Notes: a model not told the origin generated them from the sequence alone. A DNA stretch of 64,000 nucleotides from Octopus sinensis (GCF_006345805.1 NC_043009.1:33170001-33234000), one strand, 5' to 3'; positions 12,041 to 26,159 are shown, numbered from the stretch's first letter. A program made the numbers and translations.

Positions 12041-12710
12041 AGTTACAATTCACAGTGTACATTATGAAATTCATTCTCCTATAAGCAACTAAATTAATGT
12101 TATCAGCTAATTATGATTATATTTTAGGTAACCCTAAAACCTATTAACCCTTACCCTAATTCTAACCCTAAAATCACTTCATTCTTGCGTTACTTTACAA
12201 TAACAACCGCAATCAAAATTTCATGGATTGGAAAATAATTCGAAACAATTAAGTTTTTATTTTTCGTTATTGCTTCTTATGTTTTGCTTTTTGCTTCAAT
12301 TTAATTCAATCCACGTAATGAACAGTTGCCATGCAATGGGTTATGATTTCCAATTAAAATACTTGTACATAATGGCTATTATGCTAGTTACAAGTCGCTT
12401 AAGTACTTCAGTTTAGTAAACTTGGGAATGTAAGCTTGTTGACAATAAGATATTTCGTTAAAGTCGGTAAGGCGCAGTTAGTTGTAAAATATGTTGTTCA
12501 ATTGTATACAATGTTATGATATCAATTCTTTCTTCAGTTATGAGAAGAGTTACATACTTATGATCAGGGTACATAACTCTTCTCCGTTTAGTACACTTGA
12601 TTGACTTTTAATTTCCCGCCTGAAGGATTTGAAGTAGGAAAGGTGTCCGTATGTAAAGCCAGCTGCATCAAACCAAAAGGATGAAAGCTTAAGTCGACCT
12701 CTGTCATAAA

Positions 12711-12754
<44 letters not shown>

Positions 12755-12846
12755 TGACTGGAGGCAATCATAACCAAATCTGGTGTTTGAATACAGCGCA
12801 GCCCAATGACTGAAAAAGTATAAAAATGAAAGATATTTATATAAAA

Positions 12847-12887
<41 letters not shown>

Positions 12888-14375
12888 AAATGTCATTAGT
12901 TATTACTGGAGAAGCTCTGGTGATATATAAGCGTGAACTTCTTCACTGGGAGGTCATCTATCTTATGTAGAGCAGAGACCATCACGAGCTGAGAAAACGT
13001 TTTAGAATTTCTACTTGAATGAAAAACTTAAATACGATTTAGCGTTAGAATGTATGAATATGTTATCTTTCATGTTCTGTAGTTGATGTATTTTAATTAA
13101 TAAAAGGAGGTACGGTGCTTTAGGCTTTGTCCCAGATTCCGAAACAATTAATTAGTTGACCATCTCCCCCGTGCCAGTGACACAAATATACTATATCTTC
13201 CCTCGCTGATAGAACTTTAAAAAAGAACTACCAACGAACAGAACATCATGTTTCTGCTTCCTGTTGAAGTCTGAGACATATGCCTCCTCATAGTACCTAT
13301 CTTCACCTAGCTTTGGCAGAACCTCTACACACTGACTCGATCTGCAAGAATCGACAACAAAATCCTCCCGTATCATACCCTATGGTCTAAAAAATTCTTA
13401 CCTCAGCGATGTTTACTCAAAGAAGTAGAGCTTTAGTTCTTTCAGCTTCCTTGTCGCACATCTGAGGCAATTTTCTTGTAATAGCGCTGGATTACCTGAA
13501 CTTCCGCTAATAGTACAACGATATGTGTTGACCGTAGTTGATAACATTAGTCAGAACAGCAGAGTACAAAAATCCTCCACAAGTCCAATATGGTTTCTGA
13601 TTCTCAGGTTTTGCAGGTCCTCAGAATCTTTCCCTCCTACCTTCACTCAGTCGCCTGCACGGCGTTGCTAACTTACTCGTTTTCATACCCAGGTCTTGCA
13701 CTTAGTTTGATTCTAGGGTTGCAATGTCTCCTGGTTCTGTACATCCTGATAGCGATGTGTAGAGGTAGACCGAATAGCGGGATGCTAGAAACTGTCCAGC
13801 ATGATATGCATGTTGTTTCCTTCATCACATTAGCATACAGATGTCAGGTCAAGCTGGAGTTCATGACTGCATGAGATATTTTCATACCACCAGTGAGAAG
13901 TTCGTCATGCGTGTTTACTTTATTCATTATACAGAGACGAAGGTAGATAGAGAGGAAGCGACAGAAAGACACAAAGTGAGAGAGAGAGAGTGAGAGAGTA
14001 GTTTTCAGATACTTATGAAACAAGCGCAATAAGCATCAATCATTGATTTGACTCTCTTCTCATCAGTACATATATTGGCGATGTGGTTTGTTTTGTGGAT
14101 AACAATAATCCAACTGGTTTACAGCGAGGGAGAGATAAAAATAGAGAGACAGACAGACAGGGTAGTTCTTCATTCGTTCGAGCAAACAAGTTTTCTGTGG
14201 ATTAACTGTGGAAGCTATTATATTTTCAGAGCAACGCTAAATGTATATTGTAAAACATACGTATCCAAATTTATTTAGAAATCCACTCTTTCTGTACTTA
14301 CGTTTATTACAATATAAGGGTTAAATTTGACAATTTGACAACTATTTCATTACTGGAAATTTCTTGTCAAAGAAA

Positions 14376-14456
14376 ACTATCTTCAGATATCCTCAACTTA
14401 AACAAGCATTCAAATATATATATACATACACATACATTTATGTATATACATATATA

Positions 14457-14497
<41 letters not shown>

Positions 14498-14562
14498 CAT
14501 AAATGTATGTGTGTATATATATATTTGAATGCTTGTTTAAGTTGAGGATATCTGAAGATAGT
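14376..14562. repeat. Palindrome centred on a (TA)n tract
   Basis: ACTATCTTCAGATATCCTCAACTTAAACAAGCATTCAAAT at 14376 is the exact reverse complement of the segment ending at 14562. Pairing continues into the TACA/TGTA flanks. Confidence 0.9.
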
Positions 14563-15830
14563 ATTTTTTATATATATATATACATATATCACCGAAGACA
14601 AGCAAGAAATATAATATCGCGTAGGTAATGCAATACTAGGAATACGTTTGAGGAAATGCTATCAGAGTTTGAGGTAAAGCAATCCCATCTTAATGTAAAG
14701 AGAAGATCGTGTAATATGTATTTATGTGTCAGAAACGAGGTGCTGTGTTACAGGAAAATATAAGTAGGAAAAAAAAGAAGGCTTAGAGTGTGTAGAAAGA
14801 GAGGGATTAAATGTGTGAGGAAGGAACGGGAAAATGAGACTGATGGATATGTCAAGTGCAAGTGTGTTTTACAGAAAGGATTTTGTTAAAATAGAATAAA
14901 ATAAATTATATCTGATAGAAATGGAGAAGTCTATAAATGTTTTTTCTTAGTTTTCTATCAACTAGCAATATCGTTAGAGTGAAGAACAAAACGCCCGAAG
15001 GTATTTGCTCCAAGTTTCAATTCTTTAAGTACAAATCCTGCTGAGATCAGTTTTGCATTTCAACCTTTTGGGGCGGATTGTATAAGATTCCAGCCGACGG
15101 AAGTTGATTAACGGAAATTGATTAACGGAAGTGTCAGAGTTTTAGGTGATTTATTTGGCAGGTATTTGCCCGAACCCTATGTTTTGGGATCTTAGGTGAG
15201 AATCTTTACTCGTCACCCACCAGTTCACTACCACCACCCGCTTCTTGAGTACCTTCAGACAAGCTCATTCTGCAGCAAGAACTTCGGCCAGGTGTACTTT
15301 TTGGTGATAATTTCATCCCTTGCTGCTACATAAAAGCAAATTTAGATATGGAATCGTGGGTGTTACCTTTCTCTCCTTGACCAATCGATAAAAAAGCATT
15401 CTAACCGTGACTATTCCGCCTGTTAAGAATTATACTTAAGAATCCGTTACTCCTGTGTTGCTTTATAGTATTATTCAAGAAGGTAAAAAAGTGATTGGGA
15501 AAGATTTGGCTGCTATATCTAGCAGGGTGATGACAAAGTAGATGACACAATGTAGATATATTTGAAAGACGAGTAATAGGGTAAACATATTCACATTTAG
15601 TATGGCATCACATGTCTGTGTTTCCATGGTCCTATGCATAAAGTTCCGAGTAACAGAATACTGTAAGCTGAAATTATTGAACAAATATACTAGAGATATA
15701 CTCTATTTTACTTCAAGCGTTGAGTTCTTTTTACGTATTTTTTCTTTTTGTTCGTAGAATTATCATGTACGAAATATTAATTGCAAATGCACCATTTCGC
15801 ATAAACACACACACACACACACACATATAA

Positions 15831-15872
<42 letters not shown>

Positions 15873-18114
15873 GAATGTGTGTGTGCACACAATTTCACTG
15901 ATTTATCGTTGCTCTGTGGCTATAAGGAATTACGCATCTGCTACGTTAGAAGTGTTTAATATGCGTTCGTAAAATGTATATCTCAAAAATATGGAGTAGA
16001 TTGGTTTCCTGATTTTCATCGACAGCGGAATAATTTTCAGTATAAAGTCTGCATTTCCTTATCTAGCACAGAATCAGCAGTCATATTGAAAGATTTAGTA
16101 CAAAACAACAACTAGATTCAACACTCACCAGAGGCGCTCTTCGTTGAAAGTTTTATTAGAAGACGGCTAAGTTGATGCCTGGCAATTCTGGACGGTTGAG
16201 TTAAAAACAGAAAAAGGAAATTGATACTAAAATTCAGAATCTAATATTGACTGGAAGAAATGTATACATTGCTAATGGTAAAAAGATGACTAGAATTTGT
16301 CTGTAAAAGCTACTTGATCTTAGAAGTTCTTGACAGACAGGCATAGATAAGAGAATGACTTCAAATATGATTTAGAGATCATAGATTTAGATATCCCCGA
16401 GGTTAAAGTGATAGTGTCAAAGTCAGGAATCTTGTCTTGGGAAATGTCATAAAATGATAGATTGCTAATGGGCTGAGATTGCTTCTAGAATTAGCAAGTT
16501 CACATCAACTACAGAAATAGCACAATCATTTTGGACTCCAGAAACACTAATTTAAGCAAGATTTGTTGAAATGTATCATAAATAGTTGTTCAGAAAAAAT
16601 ATTTCCAATCTATTTTATTCATCAAGAAGTGTAGGAAGTTATACAAAGTTCATTGGATTTCTACTGCGTCATCTCCTCTATCCAGCATGTTTCATATTAC
16701 CCTAGTTATGGAGTCACTCTCTCATGTTGCTGTTATTGTCACTCTAGTGGTTGAGACGGTGGTGGTGATAGTGGTGGTTTAACCTCCAGTTCAGTCTTGA
16801 TCCAGCTGGGACCATTCCGTCTTTGGTACAGACATGGTATATCCGGGAGTACATTATTCAATACATTTGTTATGTTTTGCTTTTAGATTGATAGGGAGTA
16901 ATTGAGGCAGAGAAATGGTCGAGTTGTTAAAACGTGGGACATAATTTTTTAGCGAAACTTGTTCTGGATCTTCAAGATTTGAGTTCAAATCACGCCGGGG
17001 TCGACGTTAATTTTCATTCTTCAGGGGATACTAAAACTAAATACAAGGGCAGGTCGGCGCACTGAAGGAATTGTTAAAGCAGTGGTTAAATTTATTTACA
17101 ATATTAATTCATGTGCTTCATGAGCTCCACTCAAATCCCGCCGAAGTCAACGTTGTCTTTTATCCTTCCGAGATCAGCCATAACATTGTGAATTGTCGGA
17201 ATTCAAAGAAAATTGAGTAAAATGCTTTGCAATATTTGTTCCGGCTTCTCATGTTCAGAATAGTCAGACAGTTGTTGTAAATTTGATTATTTACCTAACC
17301 AACAAAATGGCGGTATGTAAAAAATAAAATAGACCGTCGAAGGACGGCAATATGGAAATCTGCAAAAAACAAATTCCTAATCTACAAAGAAAATTCCCTC
17401 TCAAACATAAAGCGATCCTTGAGGAAATCATCTGAAATTGTTCACCAGCCTGGTGATGTACAAAGATAAAAATCATGTAATTTGAGAGGGTAATATTTGT
17501 CTGTTATTTCTAGCTGATTGAGGGAACACACAGAGCATCGTTATTTGTTCTAACTTCTGTTAAAGGGCTTTAAATGTTGTAGTCCCCTGAGATGCACGAG
17601 GGGAGTGAGTCATTGTGATCCCTCATCATTAAATCGATATCTGAAATCCTTCTTTCATTGATACGGTGTCAGCGACTTGTCTGTAGCAGCTGTTTCCTGG
17701 TGTGATATTTATTACCAATATGGAGATAAACTAAGGTTCGTAGAATTGGAAATAAGGGTTCTATGCAGAGATAAAGCTAAACACCTGTTGATGATTGGAA
17801 CTTCTAGATCATTAATTGGTATACCAACATCTTAACTACCCAACCGGCTCAATGTTCTCTAATGAGAAGGAATGCATCAATGAGTCTCATGTTGGCAGAA
17901 CCACAACAACGCAGGTCATCACCCTCACTCTTCGCATAATATAAGATTATCGATACTCTATTTTTAATTCATTTCAATCGATTGAAATTTCAGGATTGTT
18001 TTTCCTGCCTTCCTTGTCGCCACTATCTCGTTAATTAATAATAATATAATAACAACAACAACAACAATAATAAAAATAATAAAAATAAAAATAAAAATAA
18101 TAATAATAATAATG

Positions 18115-18170
<56 letters not shown>

Positions 18171-18173
<3 letters not shown>

Positions 18174-18565
18174 TATAAAGAAAGCAAACGATGCAGGATC
18201 ATAGATATAGCATGTCCAGCTGACAAAAAGGTATGCGAAAAGGAAGAAAGAAAAGTCGATAGATATGATAGGTTAGCTTGGAAGGTTAAGCAGTTGTGGT
18301 CAATGAAAAAGGTGGTAGTAGTACCAATAATTGTCGGAGCCCTGGGTACAGTGAGTAAAATTCTTGAGAAGTACATGGAACAAATAGGAGCTGCAGTAAG
18401 GGTGGAGCACTTGCAGAAGACAGCACTGCTTGGAACCGCTCGAATACTCCGGATGGTGCTCGAAAAATAAGGAGTGTTACCTTAATTCACAGGTAGTGAA
18501 CAGCTAGCACCGTAGTACATCTCCAACGTTAGAAGCTGTGCAAAGAGACTAAACGATAATAATAT
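18171..18565 (+). mobile_element. 5'-truncated R4/Dong-like non-LTR retrotransposon (restriction-like endonuclease C-terminus plus 3' UTR) after (TAA)n
   Basis: Stop-free frame 18171-18470: DYKESKRCRIIDIACPADKKVCEKEERKVDRYDRLAWKVKQLWSMKKVVVVPIIVGALGTVSKILEKYMEQIGAAVRVEHLQKTALLGTARILRMVLEK*. It carries the IID-A-P-D, PIIVGALG and LQK-ALLGTARILR signatures of RLE-type elements. Confidence 0.85.
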
Positions 18566-18729
18566 CCTCTGACAGCAGGCTGCTGTCCGCTCTCACAGCT
18601 GAGAATTAAAATAATAATAATAAATCTTGAAGCATGACCAGTAAACAAGTGTCACCTTGGTCTGCTGTCAATGCACAGCTGACACTTTCTATCATACCCA
18701 GCAAAAGAAGCTGAGTGTAATAATAAAAG

Positions 18730-19305
18730 TAATAATAATCAGACACTGGCTCTCATGGCTTCTCATCTTGACTGATTGCAAATGTTATCATGTACATTGT
18801 TTTGTCTTAGTATAAAAGATGGGCTACAACAAATATTCAGCTCAATACCACAGATTTGCTTGTCAGTTGTTTGACCTTAACCAACTGAGCATGTCCCTTG
18901 GTGGCTGACGATATGTCTATCTCTGATCACGAGCAGAAGTAATGGGGAGCATCATATCCAATGTGTTGAGAAGAATTCTTTGGAGTTTGGATAATTGACC
19001 TTTGGAAACGTGGGTGTTTCGCTCAACATCCTTAAACAACCCGTATTCAGGGACCTTTTGTGCGGGATGGGCTGCTCAACCTAAAGAAAATTCTAACTGG
19101 GCTCCACCTGCAAGGTGATGTGCTGTTAATCTTGATATGAGATCACGATGTCGCGAAATTATGGTTGTGATGCATGTGCCTGGCGTATCCTTATCAGACG
19201 GATAGTCATGATGGGTATACTGGGCTTCGTATATTTTACCCCAATGTCACTTTGATGGTATGCACTACTTTCTCACTCAATAATAATAATAATAATAATA
19301 ATGGT
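18730..19305 (+). mobile_element. Non-coding interspersed repeat ending in (TAA)n
   Basis: ~550-bp segment bounded by TAA repeats on both sides, with no coding frame recognised. It matches a common octopus repeat as I recall it. Confidence 0.55.
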
Positions 19306-19485
19306 CTCAAATTTTGGTACCAGGCCATCAATTATGAAAGATGGAATAAGTCGATGTCATTGATCCCTGTGCTCAACTGGTATTTATTTTATCGATCTCG
19401 AAAGGTAAAGTGAATTTCGGCAGGTTTTGAACTCAGAATGTAAAGATTCGGCCAACTCGACACCTTAATAATAATAATCATAATC

Positions 19486-19568
<83 letters not shown>

Positions 19569-19574
19569 AATAAT

Positions 19575-19867
19575 AAAGATCTGGAAATAGAGGTAACTCG
19601 AATGTGGAGTCTAAAACCAGAAACAATTCCTATCATGGTAGGGGCAATAGGTATGATACATAAACATACAGAGAAATACATAACAAAAACACCAGGACTA
19701 ACAAGTCTATATAACATACAGAAAAAAAGCACTACAAGGTACCGCACACATCTTACACTTTCAATACAGTGAAAATAAGAGCACCACAACAAACCACAGC
19801 ACATATCCAAGGCATACAAAGCTGCACTCGGTAGTGCAGTGGAAAGTATGTGATAAAAATAAGACTA

Positions 19868-19871
<4 letters not shown>
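19575..19871 (+). mobile_element. Second, divergent R4/Dong-like 3' fragment between (TAA/CAA)n tracts
   Basis: Frame reads KDLEIEVTRMWSLKPETIPIMVGAIGMIHKHTEKYITKTPGLTSLYNIQK, then a frameshift to ALQGTAHIL. This is the same RLE C-terminal pattern, followed by a UTR and (TAA)n. Confidence 0.8.
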
Positions 19872-19908
<37 letters not shown>

Positions 19909-19922
19909 TAATAATAATAATA

Positions 19923-19955
<33 letters not shown>

Positions 19956-19960
19956 TGATG

Positions 19961-20023
<63 letters not shown>

Positions 20024-20464
20024 TTTCCTCAGACCACTTAATAAGAAAAAGACATTCAATCCAGTGTAATGTGGAGGTAAGATATCTTCGTCAGCTTGTT
20101 AATAATCTGAACAACCAGACAACAAAACACGCAAGAATAGAAAATGCTTAAATTTACAATCATGTATAATACATATCTCAGCTTAATGGGCTTTACTTGT
20201 CTTAAAGCCCTTTTAATACTGTATTCTGTACGGATGCCATGAATTATACACACCTCAAATTTTAATTCTGAAATTAGCGACTAAAACATGCATATTATAC
20301 GTGTCGTTTTACGGTAAAGTAAACTATTGAGACTGTACTTAACATTTGGTTTTCGTGCAGATTGCGTCACTAGGTATTTTCTCTTATCCTTGTATTTTAG
20401 GATTAAGTACATGACTAGTTGTGATCATTGATACTTCTCACTCTCATTATATATTTACATTGCT

Positions 20465-21072
20465 TCCAAATCTTGGCACAAGGCCCGCAATTTTAGGGGA
20501 GGGTGTAAATCGATTACATCGATCCCAGTACTCGACTATTATTTATTTTATCGACCCTGAAAGGATGAAAGGCAAAGTCGATATCGGCGGAATTTGAACT
20601 CAGAAAGTGAAGACGGACGAAGTATCGCTAAGCATTTTATCCGGCAAACGATTCCTATTTCTTTATTACCCACAAGGGGTTAAACATAAAGGGGACAAAC
20701 AAGGACATACAAAGGTATTAAGTCGATTATATCGATCCAAGTGCGTAACTGGTACTTAATTTATCGACCCCGAAAGGATGAAAGGGAAAGTCGACCTAGG
20801 CGGAAGTTGAACTCAGAACGTAACGGCAGACGAAATACGTATTTCTTTACTACCCACAACGGGCTAAACACAGAGAGGACAAACAAGGACAGACAAACGG
20901 ATTAAGTCGATTATATCGACCCCAGTGCGTAACTGGTACTTAATTTATCGACCCCGAAAGGATGAAAGGCGAAGTCGACCTCGGCGGAAGTTGAACTCAG
21001 AACGTAACGGCAGACGAAATACAGCTACGCATTTCGCCCGGTGTGCTAACGATTCCGCCAGCTCACTGCCTT
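20465..21072 (-). mobile_element. Trimeric Deu/Nin-like SINE array
   Basis: Three consecutive AAAGGATGAAAGG(C/G)(A/G)AAGTCGA...GGCGGAA(T/G)TTGAACTCAGAA units. tRNA-like head at the right end (AAGGCAGTGAGCTGGCGGAATCGTTAGCAC on the minus strand). Confidence 0.9.
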
Positions 21073-24000
21073 ATGTTTTTATTTAAATATTATTTAGTGA
21101 TTCACATCTCTCACTTGAAATATTTTTCTCAAGCCTCATATTAATGGATGCAGCATGGACAAAGGGTTGCGAATTTTACTTCAGTATGTCCCGGTTTCGA
21201 TGCTAATGATTAGCGCCTTAGGCAACTATTTTTTACCGCTGCTTTGGGTTAATCCTGGTTCTTTTCAGTAACTGCACAGAGGTAGTGAGATAATATCACT
21301 ACGGGTTCCATTTAAAATATTGGAGGTAGCTCCAATATTTGCGTGACATGAAATATAAACATACAACAGTAATATAATGACCGAGATACTCGATCTACAT
21401 CGGATATATTATTCCATCACTACGTGAGATAAGTTGTCGAAGATATAATTGAAATTCATAGCAAAAATCATACGTTTCTAGATTTCAGAGAAAACACGTC
21501 CCTTGGTAAATAAAAGTAATCCTTCACCATTCAGCAATAACCTGCAAAAGAACAGTTTTTGCAGAAAAATCTAATTTTGTAGTCAAGAGGAAGCAAAACG
21601 AAAAACGTACATGCAGCCCAACGCTATTGTTTGAATTGTTTTGAGTATGTTAAACTATGGAAGCTCGGATTTGCAACCATTACTAACAGACTCTGTATTC
21701 TCGGTGCTAATATTTCCCACCTTATCATCTTTTGGTCGAAGCTTTTGTGATTATTATTGGAAATTTATATACATTATTTTTATATTTTTCCAATCAATTA
21801 TAATCGATGTATTTAAATGGGAATTATCAGCTTAACATTTTGAGATTTGTTCGTCAATTAATTTACATATTGAGAAAATGACGGCTTTAGTAAATACGGA
21901 AGCCCCTTTATTGTGAAATCTCAACAGAAAACATTTCACAGAAGTTTACTTCGCTTGAAAACAAAATCCAAGTTATTTTTGGCTAAATGCCAATCTAATC
22001 AATACGACTTGACAATCGTGTCCTTTGAGATCTAGTGTTCTAATCTGCCCACTTTCAGACACACTTGTGTCATCTGAATTATTAACTAGATTATTGAGTT
22101 GTTCAATGATTAAACAATAGGATTAAAGCTCTTTTGAAGTGCTACAGACTCTAGTGAAGCAGAGCAGAGGTTTCATGTGATATATAGGGCTTGTCAGCTT
22201 AGTTTGCTCTTGTGACAAGAAATTATAACAATGACTTCTTTTAAGCAAGTTATTTAATTTGGCGAGTCTCTTACTTCCTACCTGCTACTCGAGTGAACAT
22301 AACATGATAACTGAATTACGATTTTTCAAGAGGATTTCACATAATTGCTACCATTTTTTTCTCCTTTCTCTTCTCTAGGTTCCATTTCAAGTAAATAGCC
22401 AATGTTTTAGGTAGAGTTATAAGTAAAACAGACACATCATTGAGAAATATAGTCGATGTTTCTTCATTAAATAGAAATAAATGTCTGCTATCTTGAGATT
22501 ATTTACCAAGTCAGTTCTTGAGTAGCACTTAGAGTCAATTGAGAGGGGAAATCTGTCTGATCAATGAAATTTCGCTGTGATGCTGCCGAGAATGGTAACT
22601 GTTTAGCAAAGTTCTTTAGATACTTATAGACTTATACAATAAACGAAATTGTGTGCTACTGATTTTGAATAATTTAACCAACGCTTTCAGATATATGTAA
22701 ATAGTTTAGATAATAATTGTTCAATAAATTCTTAGTAACAGGAATTTGGTAGCAGATTTTAATACGATTATTCTCCGCCACAAGAACAAAGAGTAAACTC
22801 ATCTTAACTATTAAAAGATGAAAACAATATATAAGCACACACACACCACGCCATGTAAACTTAGCAGAGGCAAACAGAACAGCAGAACACCACGTACATC
22901 CAGGTCAATACAATTATACGATATCAAGCAAACGTCTCACAAGCAAACATAGCAATGCAATAGCATGTGTTAACAAAAGCACACTACACCACGTAAATTT
23001 AGTACAGTCAAGCACAACCACATGGCCCTCTCTCAAATTATCACAGAATGAAACACAACCATACAAACACACCATACTTCGCATTTATATCAACACAGCC
23101 ACGCCTTAAAATAACATGTTTTCAGACCACCACAGCCTCACAATACATAAAACATAATTTCTCTCGGTCAACACAACCACACATTTTAAAAATATCATCA
23201 CAGGTCAAGGAAACCATACGGAACTGTTTAGTGGGCCTAACGTGTCATGCCATCCACAGCACATGTGATTATGATGCACACAGCTATATGCCCCACCAAT
23301 CAGGAGATATCCTTATGCCAGGGCTTGCATCAAAACGTATACCAGAGCCACATTATTATTATGAATACTTAATGAAATACTCGGAAAAGAGTCATTTTCA
23401 GCCAAAGACGTTGATACAAATATTCCAAATGTTAGAAGAACAAAAGCATCGATTATACAGCAGCATCAGTATACTATTCATATCTCTTACTGATGGAGAG
23501 TTCTACTTAAAACGTTAGACAACTCTATATTTTCAACGGTTTAACATTTACTCCACCATTAAACCTGATATTTGTGTCATTTTGGCTTACACAAGTTTAG
23601 TTCTGGTTTGATTTGGCTTTTGTCTGCTTCTTTCTTTTTCATTTATCAGAAATAGATTGGTTTATTTTCTCGTTTATTACATTTTTTCGATTTCTGAGGT
23701 TGTGTTTTTGTCTTATTTCTCGGTTAACATGACATTGATGCGCTTGTATAGCACATGAGTGTTTATCAACGCTGCTGCTTCGTTGGATATTCTAGTCAAA
23801 AATTAAAATTAAATAACATAATATTATAGTAAATTATATTCTTATTATAATATAACATAATATAACAGATAATAAATAATATAAATTACATATAATTGTT
23901 TCGATTCTTACCCATAATAAATTTATAAAAATCCATTTTTTGCGGGCAAGAATCTCCTCAGTGTAAGTTTTTATGTATAAGGATTCACATAGCCAAGAAA

Positions 24001-24239
24001 TGACTGAATTTAAATATATTTGCTTTCAAGCGTGAGCGTCAATAATTAAAAACAAGAACAAAGATAAAAAATAACAAATAAACTAATATAACAGTCATAA
24101 AATATATTTATATACTATTAAGTAATTTAGTTTAAATATATCTTAGCGCATTAGTTTTTTTAAAACAAGAGAAACAAAATTTTAAGAAAATATTTTTTAA
24201 AATTCACACACATACACACATACACATATATATATAGAG

Positions 24240-24540
24240 AGAGAATTTACAAAAAACAAAAGCCGAAGACGAGTGTGTAAACAACAAACAGATGTATAAG
24301 TTTAACGCTCGGGAAGTGAGAAAGTCTTTTACGTTTCGAGCCAATGCTCTTCCACAGAAAGGAACACAGAATTAAACAGAGAAAATAGAAAAAGGTTTAA
24401 TGGCAAGCGATCTATATACCAAGGGCTTCTTTCAGTTTCCGTCTACCAAATCCACTTACAAGGCTTTGGTCGGCTATATTAGAAGATACTTGCCCGCAGT
24501 GGGACTGAACTCGGAACCATGTGGTTGGAAAGCATGTATA
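24240..24540 (-). mobile_element. H1 repeat copy abutting a CORE-like SINE fragment
   Basis: 24324-24365 minus reads CCTTT-CTGTGGAA-GAGCATTGGCTC-GAAACGTA-AAAGA. 24405-24540 is the reverse complement of the 7331 SINE head region. Confidence 0.75.
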
Positions 24541-24851
24541 TATATATATGTTATATATACATATATCTATGCATATATAAACTGATATTTACGTATATAT
24601 GCGCGTATATATAAATGTACTTAGGTATACGTATATGTATACATATAGGAACTTATCTACACATAAAAAGACGTACATATATATATATATAATACACGCA
24701 TAGATGTATGTATGTGTGTGTGTATGTGTGTGCGCGCGCGTAGGTTTCTATCTGTATGTGTATATGTTTGTTCGGGAATCGGGTGAAAAAATAATAAAGG
24801 AAATAGATTTCCCCAACGACATGACTTTCTCTTTTGTGATACTACCATATG

Positions 24852-24908
<57 letters not shown>

Positions 24909-25007
24909 TATATATATATGGTCTGTAGAGGCTTCCGATTTTCAGATTCTAATATAAATATATTTGGTTAGAAGTTCATCCACTTACATAATGCTCTTAC
25001 TATTAAC

Positions 25008-25143
<136 letters not shown>

Positions 25144-25566
25144 GTGTGTGTACATATATATATTTACAAATATAAATATTATCAAAATCTGTCCTAATAG
25201 CATTACCCACACACGCACACACACACACTTGTGTGTCGATTTGCTTAAATATGCATGTGTATATGTGTATGTCTATATATCTAAACGTTTGTACGCGTAT
25301 AGCGTGTATGTATGCGTGAGTAGAAGAAAGCGAGAAGAGATGGTAAGGGAGAAATAATAAAAGGAAATGATATATAGATATACAGAACAGACGGACACAC
25401 GGACAGACAGATAAACGGAGAGAGAGAAAGAGGGAATGACTAACAGAAAATATTAAGAGTTCAATAAATTATATCACGTGCATATATGCATTTCTACACA
25501 CACACACATATATATATATACATATATATATATACATGTGTGTGTATGCATATACATATATATATT

Positions 25567-25611
<45 letters not shown>

Positions 25612-25766
25612 ATATATATATGTATATATATTATATTAAATTAGAGATTCCCTAATATTTATTATATATATATATACTTTGTTTTAAGCAGCAGAACATT
25701 CAACAAAATCTGTTACTCTGAGCTTCTCGTTGCCGTTCATCAGACAGTTTTTGCTATATATATATA

Positions 25767-25822
<56 letters not shown>

Positions 25823-25858
25823 ATATATATATATATGTATATATATACATACATACAT

Positions 25859-25941
<83 letters not shown>

Positions 25942-26114
25942 TAGCATCAGATATATTTGTGTGCAGGTATGTATTTATATTTGTATGCAAGCAAGTTCTA
26001 ACACATGAGGATCAGAGAAGTCCTAAATACTGTATCTCTTTGTGTATATGCTTGTAACTTTGGATTATAAATCCATACATATCCATATTTATATATGCAC
26101 TTACATACGTACGT

Positions 26115-26159
<45 letters not shown>

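Noticed and set aside
12550-12710. Minus-strand ORF with protein-like text (FYDRGRLKLSSFWFDAAGF...)
   Set aside because: The underlying DNA AAAGGATGAAAGCTTAAGTCGACCTC is a decayed Deu/Nin-like SINE piece next to (GTA)n.
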